Shown: positions 17,742-26,998, counted from the stretch's first letter. The stretch: 62,834 nucleotides of DNA from a virus (IMGVR_UViG_3300036851_000151:1-62834); one strand, 5' to 3'. Numbers and translations are program-made. The notes: generated from the sequence alone by a model not told the origin.

Positions 17742-18011
17742 ATGGACGAACTGATTGCGCGGCTTGAGGCCGCGACAGAGGGAAGCCGCGAGCTTGACCG
17801 CGAGATCGAGTGCAGCCTGCAGCCGCAGCACGCCGCGCTGATCCGCCGCGATAAATGGGATTGCAAGGCGTTCACGATCACTATCGCGATCTCCGATGAT
17901 ACCGGCGCCGTTATTACCTGGGACGACGGCCACGCGCACGGCACGCATAAGGCAACGCCGATCGCCCTCTGCATCGCCGCGCTCCGTGCCCGCCAGAGAG
18001 CCACCCCATGA
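17742..18011 (+). CDS. Phage hypothetical protein (ABA-sandwich-like)
   Basis: LIARLEAATEGSRELDREI...TPIALCIAALRAR. Confidence 0.7.
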   Translation: MDELIARLEAATEGSRELDREIECSLQPQHAALIRRDKWDCKAFTITIAISDDTGAVITWDDGHAHGTHKATPIALCIAALRARQRATP

Positions 18012-18286
18012 TCATCCCCCGCAACCCCCGCGAGGCGGCGCTGGAGCGCTTCGATAAAGACGTGCCGCAGCATCGTCCGATACCGCCTGCAATCGCCTAC
18101 CCGGCGGATTATGGGCTGGCGAATACGACCGCTGACCTGATCTGGCAATACGGCCTAGACGGCGCGATCAACAGATTGATCGAGATGGCGGAGCGGATTA
18201 CTGCCGGGGAGAAGCCGGTGGATTGGGTAATGCGCCGCCGTCGGGTAGACCCGACCGAGAGAATTATTGCAGAGCGGAGCAGATGA
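18008..18286 (+). CDS. Hypothetical protein
   Basis: ATGA overlaps. Confidence 0.55.
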   Translation: MIIPRNPREAALERFDKDVPQHRPIPPAIAYPADYGLANTTADLIWQYGLDGAINRLIEMAERITAGEKPVDWVMRRRRVDPTERIIAERSR

Positions 18287-18513
18287 TGGGCGCGCACCTA
18301 ATCGACGGAGAATTTCAGTCCGATAAATACCCGACAACGCCGCGCGGGAAGGTGCCGCTGTCGTGCAGAGACGTAACAGCGCAGGACTTGCTTTGGGAAT
18401 ACGCGCAGCGTCGCCGAGCGGTCGATGCTCCGATGATCTGGAAGAGGCGCTACGGCGCGCCAGCTATAGGCCGGCCCCTCTCCCCGCCGCCGATGGCGGA
18501 TGGCGAGGGATGA
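18283..18513 (+). pseudogene. Phage hypothetical protein, probably frameshifted near 18428
   Basis: GAHLIDGEFQSDKYP...YAQRRRAVDA continues plausibly as SDDLEEALRRA in another frame. Confidence 0.45.
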
Positions 18514-18960
18514 TTGCCGCATCACCTGTCCCGGCGAGCGTCCAGCCAGCTGAGCTGATCCCCTCGGATTTGGGTCGTGCGTTATTTATCGCTGCCTTGG
18601 GAATTGGCACCCTTTACGGCCTAGATTTGACGCATGTCGCCAACACGGCGACTGCGTGTGGATCACGGGGGAATTGGGGTCGACCGGAAAGATGGGAGAC
18701 CCGGCGATGTGCCGCGAATATAACCCAGCAGATGGCCAAGAGATTAAGGCCTGGCCCGTCGTCGAGACATGGTTTCTCGGCCGCTTTATCGCCTGCAGCG
18801 AGGATAGGCTTCCCTCGCTATGGTGGCGGGTCAAACTCCGCTTGGGACTGCTGTTCAAGGGGTTAGGGCGGTAATGGAAAACGATTCCGGCCGCCCCGCG
18901 CGAGTTGCTGCGAGGGTGGAACTGGGCTCGCATGCGACGTGACGAACGAAGGACGAGACG

Positions 18961-19539
18961 ATGGCTGAAGGTGCGACTGCGTATCCACTAGCGTGGCCAG
19001 CGGGCTTCGCACGCTCGGCGAAGCGTGAATCTGGTCGGTTCAAGACGACACTTGCCGGCGCGCTGCGGAACGTGCAGGACTCGCTCCGCCTGTTCGGCCA
19101 GGACAGCGGCAAGCCAATATCCGGCGTCGTGATGTCATCGAATGTGACGCTCGGCAGCGAGCGCCCCGCTGATCCCGGTGTCGCGGTCTATTTCACCTGG
19201 GAGGGCATGCAGATTTGCATCCCGGTTGACCGTTACGACAGCGTAGCCGCCAATCTGCAAGCGATCCACCACATCCTTGAGGCTCGGCGCGTCGAACTGC
19301 GCCACGGAACACTGGCGCTTGTTCGCGCCACCTTCTCAGGCTTCAAGGCGCTTCCGGCCCCGAAGAGCTGGCGAGATGTTCTTGAGATCGATGAGGCCGC
19401 GCGCGTTACTGCTGACGACGTGGACCGCCGCTACCGCGATCTGGCAAAACAGCGGCACCCCGACGCCGGCGGGAACGCCGCTGCGATGGTCGAACTCAAT
19501 CAGGCCCGCGCCGATGCCCGCCGAGAGCTTGGCGCATGA
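18961..19539 (+). CDS. DnaJ (J-domain) phage protein
   Basis: AYPLAWP.G..R, DPGVAVYF; C-terminal HPDAGG...LNQAR. Confidence 0.9.
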   Translation: MAEGATAYPLAWPAGFARSAKRESGRFKTTLAGALRNVQDSLRLFGQDSGKPISGVVMSSNVTLGSERPADPGVAVYFTWEGMQICIPVDRYDSVAANLQAIHHILEARRVELRHGTLALVRATFSGFKALPAPKSWRDVLEIDEAARVTADDVDRRYRDLAKQRHPDAGGNAAAMVELNQARADARRELGA

Positions 19540-19562
19540 TCGCCGCCTGGGTTGAAACTAGA

Positions 19563-19594
19563 AAGGCCGGCGCGGGGTGCCCCGGCCGGCCCTG
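19563..19594. terminator. GC-rich hairpin between convergent operons
   Basis: GGCCGG...CCGGCC stem; TTTC tail on the minus strand. Confidence 0.45.
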
Positions 19595-19652
19595 ATGGAG
19601 AGAGATGATGCCAGCGCGGCGCCGAGCGCGGTCCAGTCGCGCAGCTTGCGGA

Positions 19653-20012
19653 TCACGAGCGGCGCGCCAACTCGGCGCGGTTGAGATCAGTCGTCGTTGT
19701 CGGGGTGCCGGCCGACGTGACGACGGCGACCGGAGCGCCGGCTTGGTATGTCGCGCGGGCCGAGGCTTCGGCTGACAGGACGGAGCTGGCACGCGAGGCT
19801 CTGATGGCCGCCACCTTCTGCCAGGCACTCCACCCCGCCGCGCCCAGCATCATGGCTGCGCCGGCCGCCATCTCGATCTGGCTGCCCGTGACGGCGCTCG
19901 CCCAGGCGAACCCGAGGCCGCCCAGCGCGGCGAGCACGGCGCGAAACAGCCCGGCCAGGATCGGGAGGTAGGCCGACCAGGCGCTTGGGACTTGGTTGAT
20001 GTCGTCTGACAT
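19653..20012 (-). CDS. Putative holin
   Basis: Two TM segments ending GWSAWQK; downstream of the endolysin. Confidence 0.65.
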   Translation of the reverse strand: MSDDINQVPSAWSAYLPILAGLFRAVLAALGGLGFAWASAVTGSQIEMAAGAAMMLGAAGWSAWQKVAAIRASRASSVLSAEASARATYQAGAPVAVVTSAGTPTTTTDLNRAELARRS

Positions 20013-20016
20013 TGGA

Positions 20017-20211
20017 CTATCTCCACAAAAGCCGGCCACCGCCGCCCGAAAGACCGAGCAGCAAATCCACGATTACGATCAACGCGATCAGGACGAACGC
20101 GACTTGAATAATCAGCGGGAACGGATGCGGGAGGGGCAGAAGCGTAATCACCCAGTACGCGACCCCGAGCACAAGCAAGATGATGATCAGGTTGACGAGC
20201 AACGGGAGCAT
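20017..20211 (-). CDS. Small two-TM membrane protein (Thivi_2564-like)
   Basis: Highly hydrophobic; LPLP.PF loop. Confidence 0.7.
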   Translation of the reverse strand: MLPLLVNLIIILLVLGVAYWVITLLPLPHPFPLIIQVAFVLIALIVIVDLLLGLSGGGGRLLWR

Positions 20212-20318
20212 GGCGATGTTCCGATGCAGAAGGGCCGCGCGGGGCGGCGAGGAATGCGGTGTTCGGGAATGGCGGCTAGGGTTGCCGCGGCGGGTGCTTT
20301 CATCGCGTGTGGCGCGTC

Positions 20319-20507
20319 TTATGCGTCTGTCCGCTGGGCGAGGTACCCGGCGATTACCGCGAGCGTAGCGACCTCGATTGCCTCAAGCGTCTCGCCGCCG
20401 ATTTGAGTTAGCGGCCTGCCCAAAAGAGCCAGACTGACGACAACCGCCAGCGGGTGCATCAGCAGCCCGGCCGCCAGGATAATCGCCACAATATCGCGTG
20501 GGGCCAT
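20319..20507 (-). CDS. Small two-TM membrane protein
   Basis: TGATG overlap with the endolysin stop. Confidence 0.6.
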   Translation of the reverse strand: MAPRDIVAIILAAGLLMHPLAVVVSLALLGRPLTQIGGETLEAIEVATLAVIAGYLAQRTDA

Positions 20508-21295
20508 CACACCCTCGGCTGCCCCGCCGCGGCGAGCAACTCGTTGAGCGCCGCCCGGCTCAGCCTGCCGAAGTCCCCATCGATCTCTGCTCGGTAGTAC
20601 CCAGCGTCGCGCAGCGTTGTTTGCAGCGCCCTGATGGCATCGAGCGGGGCGATTGCCGCCACCGGGGCCGTTGCGGGCGCTGGCGGCGCTTCCTGCGCGC
20701 CCGGTCGATAGTTGAACTCCCCCGTCCGCCAGAACAGATCGAAAGCCACGTTCTTCCGCTCGTCGACGTCGCCGAATGAGATGCCGACGGCGTCTTTCAT
20801 CTTCTGCCAGCCGCCGCCATTGTAGCGCCACAGCATGTAGGCGACGGTAATCGCGGCGGCGACCTCGGGCTTATTGGCGAGCTCGGGATCGCTCACGATG
20901 TCGTGACCGGTGAGCGTCTTCAGCTTCTCATGATTCGACCGCCCAGTTAGCTGGACCGTGCCATGCCCGCGGAACCGCCAGCCGTCATCCGGCTCGACCT
21001 GGCCGAGATGATGGATGTGGTTGAACTGCGGCCCGTACACGTAATTGAAGAACCGCTCGTCGCTGGCCTTCAGGTCGTTGATGAAGGCGTCTGATTTGTC
21101 GCCGAGCCGGCTGCGGAAAGTCGCGCGAATGCGGCTGTTCGACGTGTTGCGATACGGCGTCTCCGATCGTGAGTCGAAACCGCTCTCGCCCATCGCGATC
21201 GCCGCGGTACCGGCGCGCAGCTCGTTGTTGTGCATACCCTGACGGTCCATCTCGGCGCGCAGCAGAGCTTTCGCGGAAGCTAATTCATCCGGCAT
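20507..21295 (-). CDS. Endolysin: GH19-like lysozyme domain + peptidoglycan-binding domain
   Basis: ESGF...DGWRFRGHG.VQLTGRSN; C-terminal ALQ..L...GYY...IDGDFG. Confidence 0.9.
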   Translation of the reverse strand: MPDELASAKALLRAEMDRQGMHNNELRAGTAAIAMGESGFDSRSETPYRNTSNSRIRATFRSRLGDKSDAFINDLKASDERFFNYVYGPQFNHIHHLGQVEPDDGWRFRGHGTVQLTGRSNHEKLKTLTGHDIVSDPELANKPEVAAAITVAYMLWRYNGGGWQKMKDAVGISFGDVDERKNVAFDLFWRTGEFNYRPGAQEAPPAPATAPVAAIAPLDAIRALQTTLRDAGYYRAEIDGDFGRLSRAALNELLAAAGQPRV

Positions 21296-21311
21296 CTCTT
21301 CGCCCTTTTTA

Positions 21312-21320
21312 TGTTATAAG
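21312..21320 (+). promoter_or_regulatory. Extended -10-like promoter for the tRNA pair
   Basis: TGTTATAAG about 11 nt upstream of tRNA-Leu. Confidence 0.45.
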
Positions 21321-21331
21321 TTTGGCCGTGG

Positions 21332-21417
21332 GCCGGCTTGGTGGAACGGGCAGACACGGCGGACTTAAACTCCGCTGCCATCGCGCATTGAGGGTTCGAG
21401 TCCCTCAGCCGGCCCCA
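21332..21417 (+). tRNA. tRNA-Leu(TAA) with atypical C73
   Basis: Acceptor GCCGGCT/AGCCGGC, anticodon arm GCGGA-CTTAAAC-TCCGC, long variable arm, GGTTCGAGTCC, encoded CCA. Confidence 0.88.
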
Positions 21418-21423
21418 AAAATC

Positions 21424-21502
21424 GCTGGCGTAGCTCAGCCCGGTAGAGCGCCCGCTTTGTAAGCGGTCAGGTCGTAGGTTCGGGCTCCTACCGCCAGCAC
21501 CA
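21424..21502 (+). tRNA. tRNA-Thr(TGT)
   Basis: Acceptor GCTGGCG/CGCCAGC, TAGCTCAG D-arm, TTTGTAA loop, ACCA end; 8-nt T-loop. Confidence 0.88.
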
Positions 21503-21508
21503 GTCTTC

Positions 21509-21517
21509 TGATATAAT
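21509..21517 (+). promoter_or_regulatory. Extended -10 promoter for a leaderless HNH transcript
   Basis: TGATATAAT ends 7 nt before ATG 21525; no RBS. Confidence 0.55.
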
Positions 21518-21524
21518 TCTAATC

Positions 21525-21947
21525 ATGATATGTCGTGTTTGCCGAAAAGATCAGGACGCGAGCAATTTCCCAGTAGGCCACGCAGGTCGCAATTTGCCAT
21601 GCTACGCATGTGTGCGCGACTACAATAAAAAATGGTACGATAACAATCCCACGCGCCGTGAGTATTTAGGCAAGCAAAAAACCGCTCAGGTCAAACGCAA
21701 CAACGCCGCCGTTCTTGCATACCTAGAGAATCACCCATGTGTTGACTGCGGCGAAGCGGACCCTATAGTTCTTGAATTCGATCATGGCGATGGTGGCGGT
21801 AAGGTGGCCGCCGTTTGTTTCGGTATCCAGCACGGCTGGTCAATAGCAAAGCTAATGACCGAGATCGCGAAATGTGACGTGCGGTGCGCCAACTGCCACA
21901 GACGAAAGACAGCCAGAGAGCGCAGTTATTTCAGGGCCGGGCTGTAG
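21525..21947 (+). CDS. HNH endonuclease
   Basis: CVDCG...LEFDH...KC.VRCANCHRRKT. Confidence 0.88.
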   Translation: MICRVCRKDQDASNFPVGHAGRNLPCYACVRDYNKKWYDNNPTRREYLGKQKTAQVKRNNAAVLAYLENHPCVDCGEADPIVLEFDHGDGGGKVAAVCFGIQHGWSIAKLMTEIAKCDVRCANCHRRKTARERSYFRAGL

Positions 21948-21980
21948 CGCCCGTTCAAATCGAGGCCGTCAGCACCACCT

Positions 21981-22163
21981 CTACCGCCGCACGACCCGCA
22001 GGCCATGCACCAGGCGCACCATCGTCGTCTCGTGGCCCTCGTAGGTCTTGCGCAGCACCCGGACCTCGCCGGTATCGGTGTCCACGGCAACGGCGCCGGC
22101 AATCTCGGTGCAGCTCCGCAGGTCGATGACGGCGTGCGTCTTCGGGTCGATCTCGCGGATCAT
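21981..22163 (-). CDS. Small hypothetical protein
   Basis: ATGA overlap with the PAS-REC gene. Confidence 0.5.
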   Translation of the reverse strand: MIREIDPKTHAVIDLRSCTEIAGAVAVDTDTGEVRVLRKTYEGHETTMVRLVHGLRVVRR

Positions 22164-23014
22164 GCCGGTGCCGCTGCACGGCCAGGCTTGATGTGCGTAG
22201 CGATCAATTCCTTCAGTTCGCTCGCCCGCAGCGGCTTCCCCGCCGATGCCGTAAACCCCGCGGCCAAAAGTTCTTCATCCGGCGGGAGATCGCCACTGAT
22301 GGCGATCATCGGGACATCCTTTGCGAGAGCTTGCGCGCGTGCCGGAAGCTCGATCCCGTCCATATCGGGGAGCCGCAGGTCGACCAGTGCTATCGCGTAA
22401 TCCTTGACCCCTATCTCAAACAGCGCCAATTCTCCCGTCCCGGCGACTGTGGTTACATATCCGGCACCAACCAGCATGTTGACCAGCATCGCTGCGTGCC
22501 CGATGTCGTCCTCGACGATCAGCACCTCCTGCTTCGGGCTGGGCGGCGCTAGGACGGGGAGGATCGCGTGAACGATTGCCAAGTAGTAGGTCCCGGAAGA
22601 CACGACCAAAGGGCACAGCATGACATTGATGCTGATGTCGTCCCCGGTCTTCCGAACGCCCTTCGCGTTGAGCCCAATCCCCATCGGGCGCAGCCGGGGA
22701 TCGCGTGCGTACTTCGCGCGGTGCGCGGCGTGTTTCTCCCGCAGGTGAGCCGGGACCAACATCTCGACGGATTGCCCGATCAGCTCCTTCCGGGAGTGCC
22801 CGAACATGACTTCGACGGCACGGTTCACACTGACGATCACGCCGCGCTGGTCGACGATGGCGAGACCGGACGGGATGCCCTCAACGCAAGCCTCGTTCAG
22901 CTCAATCCGCAGCCGCTGGTTGGCCAGTTCCTGGAGCTTCACCGCGTCCAGCTCGCGCAGCACGCCTGCGGTGTCCGGGGATAGTCCATGACCGATTTCG
23001 CCGGGATCAGTCAT
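22160..23014 (-). CDS. PAS domain + response-regulator receiver protein
   Basis: PAS: IVDQRG.I..VN...MFGHS..ELIGQ.VEMLVP...REKH; REC: VLIVEDD, VDLRLPDMDG, AISG, KP. Confidence 0.9.
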   Translation of the reverse strand: MTDPGEIGHGLSPDTAGVLRELDAVKLQELANQRLRIELNEACVEGIPSGLAIVDQRGVIVSVNRAVEVMFGHSRKELIGQSVEMLVPAHLREKHAAHRAKYARDPRLRPMGIGLNAKGVRKTGDDISINVMLCPLVVSSGTYYLAIVHAILPVLAPPSPKQEVLIVEDDIGHAAMLVNMLVGAGYVTTVAGTGELALFEIGVKDYAIALVDLRLPDMDGIELPARAQALAKDVPMIAISGDLPPDEELLAAGFTASAGKPLRASELKELIATHIKPGRAAAPA

Positions 23015-23300
23015 TGGTCGCACGCCGTCTCCTAACAACGTCGCGTGTTAGTTCATCCTGCAGAGCACGCCTATCATGCTGCGTCTGCTCAAGCTGCTCG
23101 CGGGCCTCCCGTAATTCAGACCGCAGCTGTGCTATCTCCGCCCTGGCATCCCGCAACTCCGATCGCAGAGCGGCAACCGCAGCGCTCTCGTCAATGCGCA
23201 CCTCTCGCGCCTTGACGCGGCGGTTGGTACTCGTATTGAGGATGAGCGCCGCCATAGCGATCACCGCAGCGGCGGTAGATATCCAGTGGCCTACGTCCAT
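23007..23300 (-). CDS. Single-TM coiled-coil protein (lysis-associated)
   Basis: N-terminal hydrophobic helix then heptads; start may be 23369. Confidence 0.7.
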   Translation of the reverse strand: MDVGHWISTAAAVIAMAALILNTSTNRRVKAREVRIDESAAVAALRSELRDARAEIAQLRSELREAREQLEQTQHDRRALQDELTRDVVRRRRATND

Positions 23301-23369
23301 CCTGATCCTGCCACCGAATAAAGGTACGGCATGATGATCCGCGGCGAGACATCCGCCGACGATCGACAT

Positions 23370-23831
23370 CTATTGCTCGGCATCTTCTCTGGGCTTGGGC
23401 ACGGCTAGCACCGGGAGTACAGCGACCTCCGGGTTCAGATCCAATTCCTCCCTAACCCGCGGCATGATGTCCCGCAACAGTCTAGCCGAGGCGCGTTCAC
23501 GGTCGCTGATCAGGGTATCGTCAGTCGCGATGATCCGCTCGTACAGCAGCTGGTCGAGTTCCCGCTCCTCAGCGACGGTCAAGCTGAACGGTGGCCCCAG
23601 TTTGGCCAGCAGAGCGTCCATGACAGGTGCGTGGGCATGAACCAGCTCGGGCACAACGACAGCCTGGACCGCCGCCCACAACGACTGCGCTGGCCGGTTC
23701 CTGATGATCTCGGCATCCCGCTCCAGATTACCGATACGCACCAGCAAGGTTTTCTGGAGATACCAGTAGCGAACCGTGAGGAAGACGACCACGGCGACGA
23801 CCAGGATCAGGACGACTGAGTTCCAGTCCAT
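23370..23831 (-). CDS. Single-TM membrane protein
   Basis: MDWNSVVLILVVAVVVFLTVRYW. Confidence 0.7.
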   Translation of the reverse strand: MDWNSVVLILVVAVVVFLTVRYWYLQKTLLVRIGNLERDAEIIRNRPAQSLWAAVQAVVVPELVHAHAPVMDALLAKLGPPFSLTVAEERELDQLLYERIIATDDTLISDRERASARLLRDIMPRVREELDLNPEVAVLPVLAVPKPREDAEQ

Positions 23832-23873
23832 TCGTGGGCTACGCTCGGGTTGGAGTGGATAGGCCGCCGGATT

Positions 23874-24149
23874 TTACGGCTTTACAAGCTCGTCGCGGCG
23901 CTCAGCCGTAATCGCTCCCATCGAGACAAGCGCCTCGATGACCGCGGCACGCTCGTCGTCAGTGAGCCGGCTGAATGAATCGGGCGAGGGAGCATGCGCC
24001 GATGGGTCGCCGACCGGCGCATAAGCACCGGCCTTTCCCTCGGGCACAACCTCCAACCCCTCGGGCGGGGTGTAGGGGGTTTTGCCATCCCACAGGATGA
24101 CGTTGACCGTCTCGCCCGCGGCATTGACCAAGGCATAGCGGTTGTCCAT
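23874..24149 (-). CDS. Fibre-associated small protein
   Basis: YALV...G.TVNVILWDG...PPEG, typical downstream of Gly-rich fibres. Confidence 0.65.
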   Translation of the reverse strand: MDNRYALVNAAGETVNVILWDGKTPYTPPEGLEVVPEGKAGAYAPVGDPSAHAPSPDSFSRLTDDERAAVIEALVSMGAITAERRDELVKP

Positions 24150-25177
24150 CAGAAATACTCCACGACCAAGAGCCAGCCGGCGCCGCCTGCGCCACCATTG
24201 CCGGCAGCCGAACCGTTCAGGGCCGATCCGCCGCCGGCGCCGCCACCGCCTTGACTGCCCGTGCCGCCGTTGCCCGCAGCGCCCGCAGCGTTACCGTAGC
24301 CGCCACCACCACCGTTTCCGGGCGCATACGCCACCAGCGGCGCTTCCCCATTGGTCCCATTTGGCGTTCCGGAGTTGCCACCTGGCGCAAGCGTCACGAC
24401 GTTGCCGCGAGCAGCGCCGCCGCCTATGCCGCCATTGTTTGATGCCGGCGCGCTGCTGACCCCGCCGCCGCCGGCCCCGCCTGCCGCACAGGTCGCCGAA
24501 TGATTGGCGCTTCCCGCAACGCCCGCGGCCGAGCTTCCCGCGCCACCGGTTGCCATTGCGGAAGTGGCGCTATTGGCTGTGCCCCCCGCGCCCGCCGCTA
24601 TTCCTCCGGCCCCGGCAGTGGACCCCGACGCGTTGGCGCCGCCGGTGGAACTCCCGCCGCCGCCGCCGGCTGCAATCGCGGCAAACTGAGCGCCAGCCCC
24701 GCCCCCGCCGCCCCCGGCAGTGAGGAACGTGCCAAACGTGGTGTTACCGCCGGCCGATCCTGGATTGCCAGCGGTGTCGTCGGTGCCGGGCGCCGTACCG
24801 CCAGCGCCCGCGGCGCCGATCGTTACCGTCCCCGACGCGCCGAGATCAGACGCGCGGAATATGCGCTCGATACAACCAGCGCCACCGCCGCCGGCACCGC
24901 CGGAGATGGCCGAGCCGCTGACCCGTCGCCCCCCGGAACCGCCGCCGCCGCCGCCGCCGCAAGCGATCACGTGAACCGTCTTCGCCCCGGCCGCGAGCGT
25001 GAAGGTGCCGCTGCCGGTGAATAACGTGATCTTCGTAGTGACGCCAACATGGACGAAAGTCGCTAGATTGGCGAGCGTGTCCTTCAGCGCCTCGGATGTG
25101 CCCTGCGTGACGACGAACAAGTCGGTCCCCGCCAGTGCGGCGGCGTTGTTCAAATTTGGGATATCAACGATTGCCAT
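24149..25177 (-). CDS. Glycine-rich fibre protein
   Basis: N-terminal IPNL..AAAL.GTDLFVVTQG anchor; FTGSGTFT...GGGGGG domain. Confidence 0.8.
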   Translation of the reverse strand: MAIVDIPNLNNAAALAGTDLFVVTQGTSEALKDTLANLATFVHVGVTTKITLFTGSGTFTLAAGAKTVHVIACGGGGGGGSGGRRVSGSAISGGAGGGGAGCIERIFRASDLGASGTVTIGAAGAGGTAPGTDDTAGNPGSAGGNTTFGTFLTAGGGGGGAGAQFAAIAAGGGGGSSTGGANASGSTAGAGGIAAGAGGTANSATSAMATGGAGSSAAGVAGSANHSATCAAGGAGGGGVSSAPASNNGGIGGGAARGNVVTLAPGGNSGTPNGTNGEAPLVAYAPGNGGGGGYGNAAGAAGNGGTGSQGGGGAGGGSALNGSAAGNGGAGGAGWLLVVEYF

Positions 25178-26998
25178 TTAAAAACCTGCTCCGATTGTGT
25201 TTGCCCCGCCAGCGCCGATCACGTTCCCAGAACCAGCGCCTATCTCGTCATGCACGCTGATCGTCAGCGTCTCGGATGCAGTCCAATCAGAGACACGGTC
25301 GGTTGTGTCGGAGCGGTGACGGATCTGGAATTCGTATTCCTCGCCTTCGACTAGCGGGCCGACAACCACGCCATCGACGCCATCCGAGACACCCCACGGC
25401 AGCCAATCAACGTCGGCCGTGCGCTTGTACCGGACCTCGACGAGCAGATAATCTTCGGGCGGCGTAGACCATGTGAGGATCGCGGACACCTCGAATGGCG
25501 CGACGCCAAAGCCGCCCGGCACCGGGATATCGCGCTCCGGCACGATCGGCGGCGGCAGCGGCGGTGCCTCGCCCTCTTCCGTCGTCTCGTCCCAGTCGTA
25601 GGCCGCCTCGTTTGCCGAGCGCCACTCGACCTGGACGCCGGTTATCGTGTTGCCCTCGAATATCTGATCGAGCTTCACCAATTCGGCCGTGATGTTCAGC
25701 CCCAGCTCGGCGCAGTTGATGATGAAAAACCGCTCGCCCATGAGCATGAGGCCGCGGAGATTGCAGACCATCGTGCCGGCCCAATCTGGATTGAGCCGCG
25801 CCGCGGCGATCTTCATCAACCGCCGCGTCTGTGTGTGGCTGGGCGAGCAGTAAAACTCGAAATCAGCGACGAACTCGCCCCGGTCGGCAACATCGCCGGC
25901 GTCAATCCACGGGTCCGCGTCGGTCTCCTGATAGTCGTGATCGGGCGACGTATAGCGTGCCCGGATCGTGTTGGCCGTCGCCAAGATGTCCGCGCCGCGC
26001 CGGACCTCCGAGAACGCCAAGATCGCGTCGTCGTCAATCGTGACGGCTGGCGTTTCCCATTTGCCGACCCTAATGCCGATGCCGCCGTTCGGGGTCGGAA
26101 AGACCTGGCCGTCGCAGCATTGGAGGAACCGGGCCAGCACATCGGCCGGCCGCTCATCGAACCGATAGGTATTCCACAACCGGTAGCGCGGTTCGGTGCC
26201 GCCGGCATTGAGCGGGATCGCCTCATCGCAAATTGCGATGGCGTCTTCCCAATAGTCGATCGCCGCCGCGATCTGCGCCTGCGGGATGCGAAACCCGTCG
26301 GCATGGATCATGAAGTCGAGGATGCAGCGCGCGGGGTTGTCAGACCAGCTTGCCGCCCCGATGACGCCGCCGGATACCGATGGGACTAACGCGCCACGCT
26401 GAACCTGGCGATAGAGCGTGTCGGCCAGGCGGGGGAACATGTCATTGATCTGCTCCGCCTTGACCTGGTGCATGAGCATGTAGGCTTTGGGGATGCCCTT
26501 GCCCAAATGATCGCTCGTCCACACCCCCGGAAACGCAGCCTCAAGCAGCAGGAATTGATACCCCGCGGCCGATCCAAGTTCCCATTCGAGCCGGACCTTG
26601 CTCGATCCTCCAACATTGTACTTGGGCGTCGTGACGGTGTTGCCGACGAGCTCGACCGTAACGAGAGTGTCGTCGATCCAGTGCTCTTCAACCTCGTCGA
26701 TCTCGCCAGACCCCATCGCGAAAACACGATGCAGCACGCCCGTCTGGGTGTTCGCGAACATATATGACCCGGCGACCTTGACGCGGCCGTAGCTGCGCTG
26801 CCGCGGTGCCGTCGACTGCCGGATCAGGGTTTGGCCATCGCTCGGCTTTGGCTGTGCCGGCCGAAACAGCATCGTGCTCAGCAGCGACAGCCCGAGCCCG
26901 ACCGCGATCAGCACGCCTTGCGCGAGGATCGTCGCCGTCGCCGCGCCAACCCCGATCGCGGTGAACCCAGCCGCGATAAACGGTACCGCAAACGCCAT
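25178..26998 (-). CDS. Central tail tip / host-specificity-like protein with FN3 domain
   Basis: RSYGRVKVAG, WSDNPA.C.LD; C-terminal FN3-like strands. Confidence 0.85.
   Translation of the reverse strand: MAFAVPFIAAGFTAIGVGAATATILAQGVLIAVGLGLSLLSTMLFRPAQPKPSDGQTLIRQSTAPRQRSYGRVKVAGSYMFANTQTGVLHRVFAMGSGEIDEVEEHWIDDTLVTVELVGNTVTTPKYNVGGSSKVRLEWELGSAAGYQFLLLEAAFPGVWTSDHLGKGIPKAYMLMHQVKAEQINDMFPRLADTLYRQVQRGALVPSVSGGVIGAASWSDNPARCILDFMIHADGFRIPQAQIAAAIDYWEDAIAICDEAIPLNAGGTEPRYRLWNTYRFDERPADVLARFLQCCDGQVFPTPNGGIGIRVGKWETPAVTIDDDAILAFSEVRRGADILATANTIRARYTSPDHDYQETDADPWIDAGDVADRGEFVADFEFYCSPSHTQTRRLMKIAAARLNPDWAGTMVCNLRGLMLMGERFFIINCAELGLNITAELVKLDQIFEGNTITGVQVEWRSANEAAYDWDETTEEGEAPPLPPPIVPERDIPVPGGFGVAPFEVSAILTWSTPPEDYLLVEVRYKRTADVDWLPWGVSDGVDGVVVGPLVEGEEYEFQIRHRSDTTDRVSDWTASETLTISVHDEIGAGSGNVIGAGGANTIGAGF

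Noticed and set aside
21330-21417. Suppressor tRNA or recoded genetic code
   Set aside because: Anticodon TAA reads UUA (Leu), not a stop codon; core genes are uninterrupted in the standard code.
21332-21502. tRNA genes as the attP core
   Set aside because: They are full-length, have their own promoter-like element and lie 5.8 kb from int; arm-like repeats sit next to int instead.
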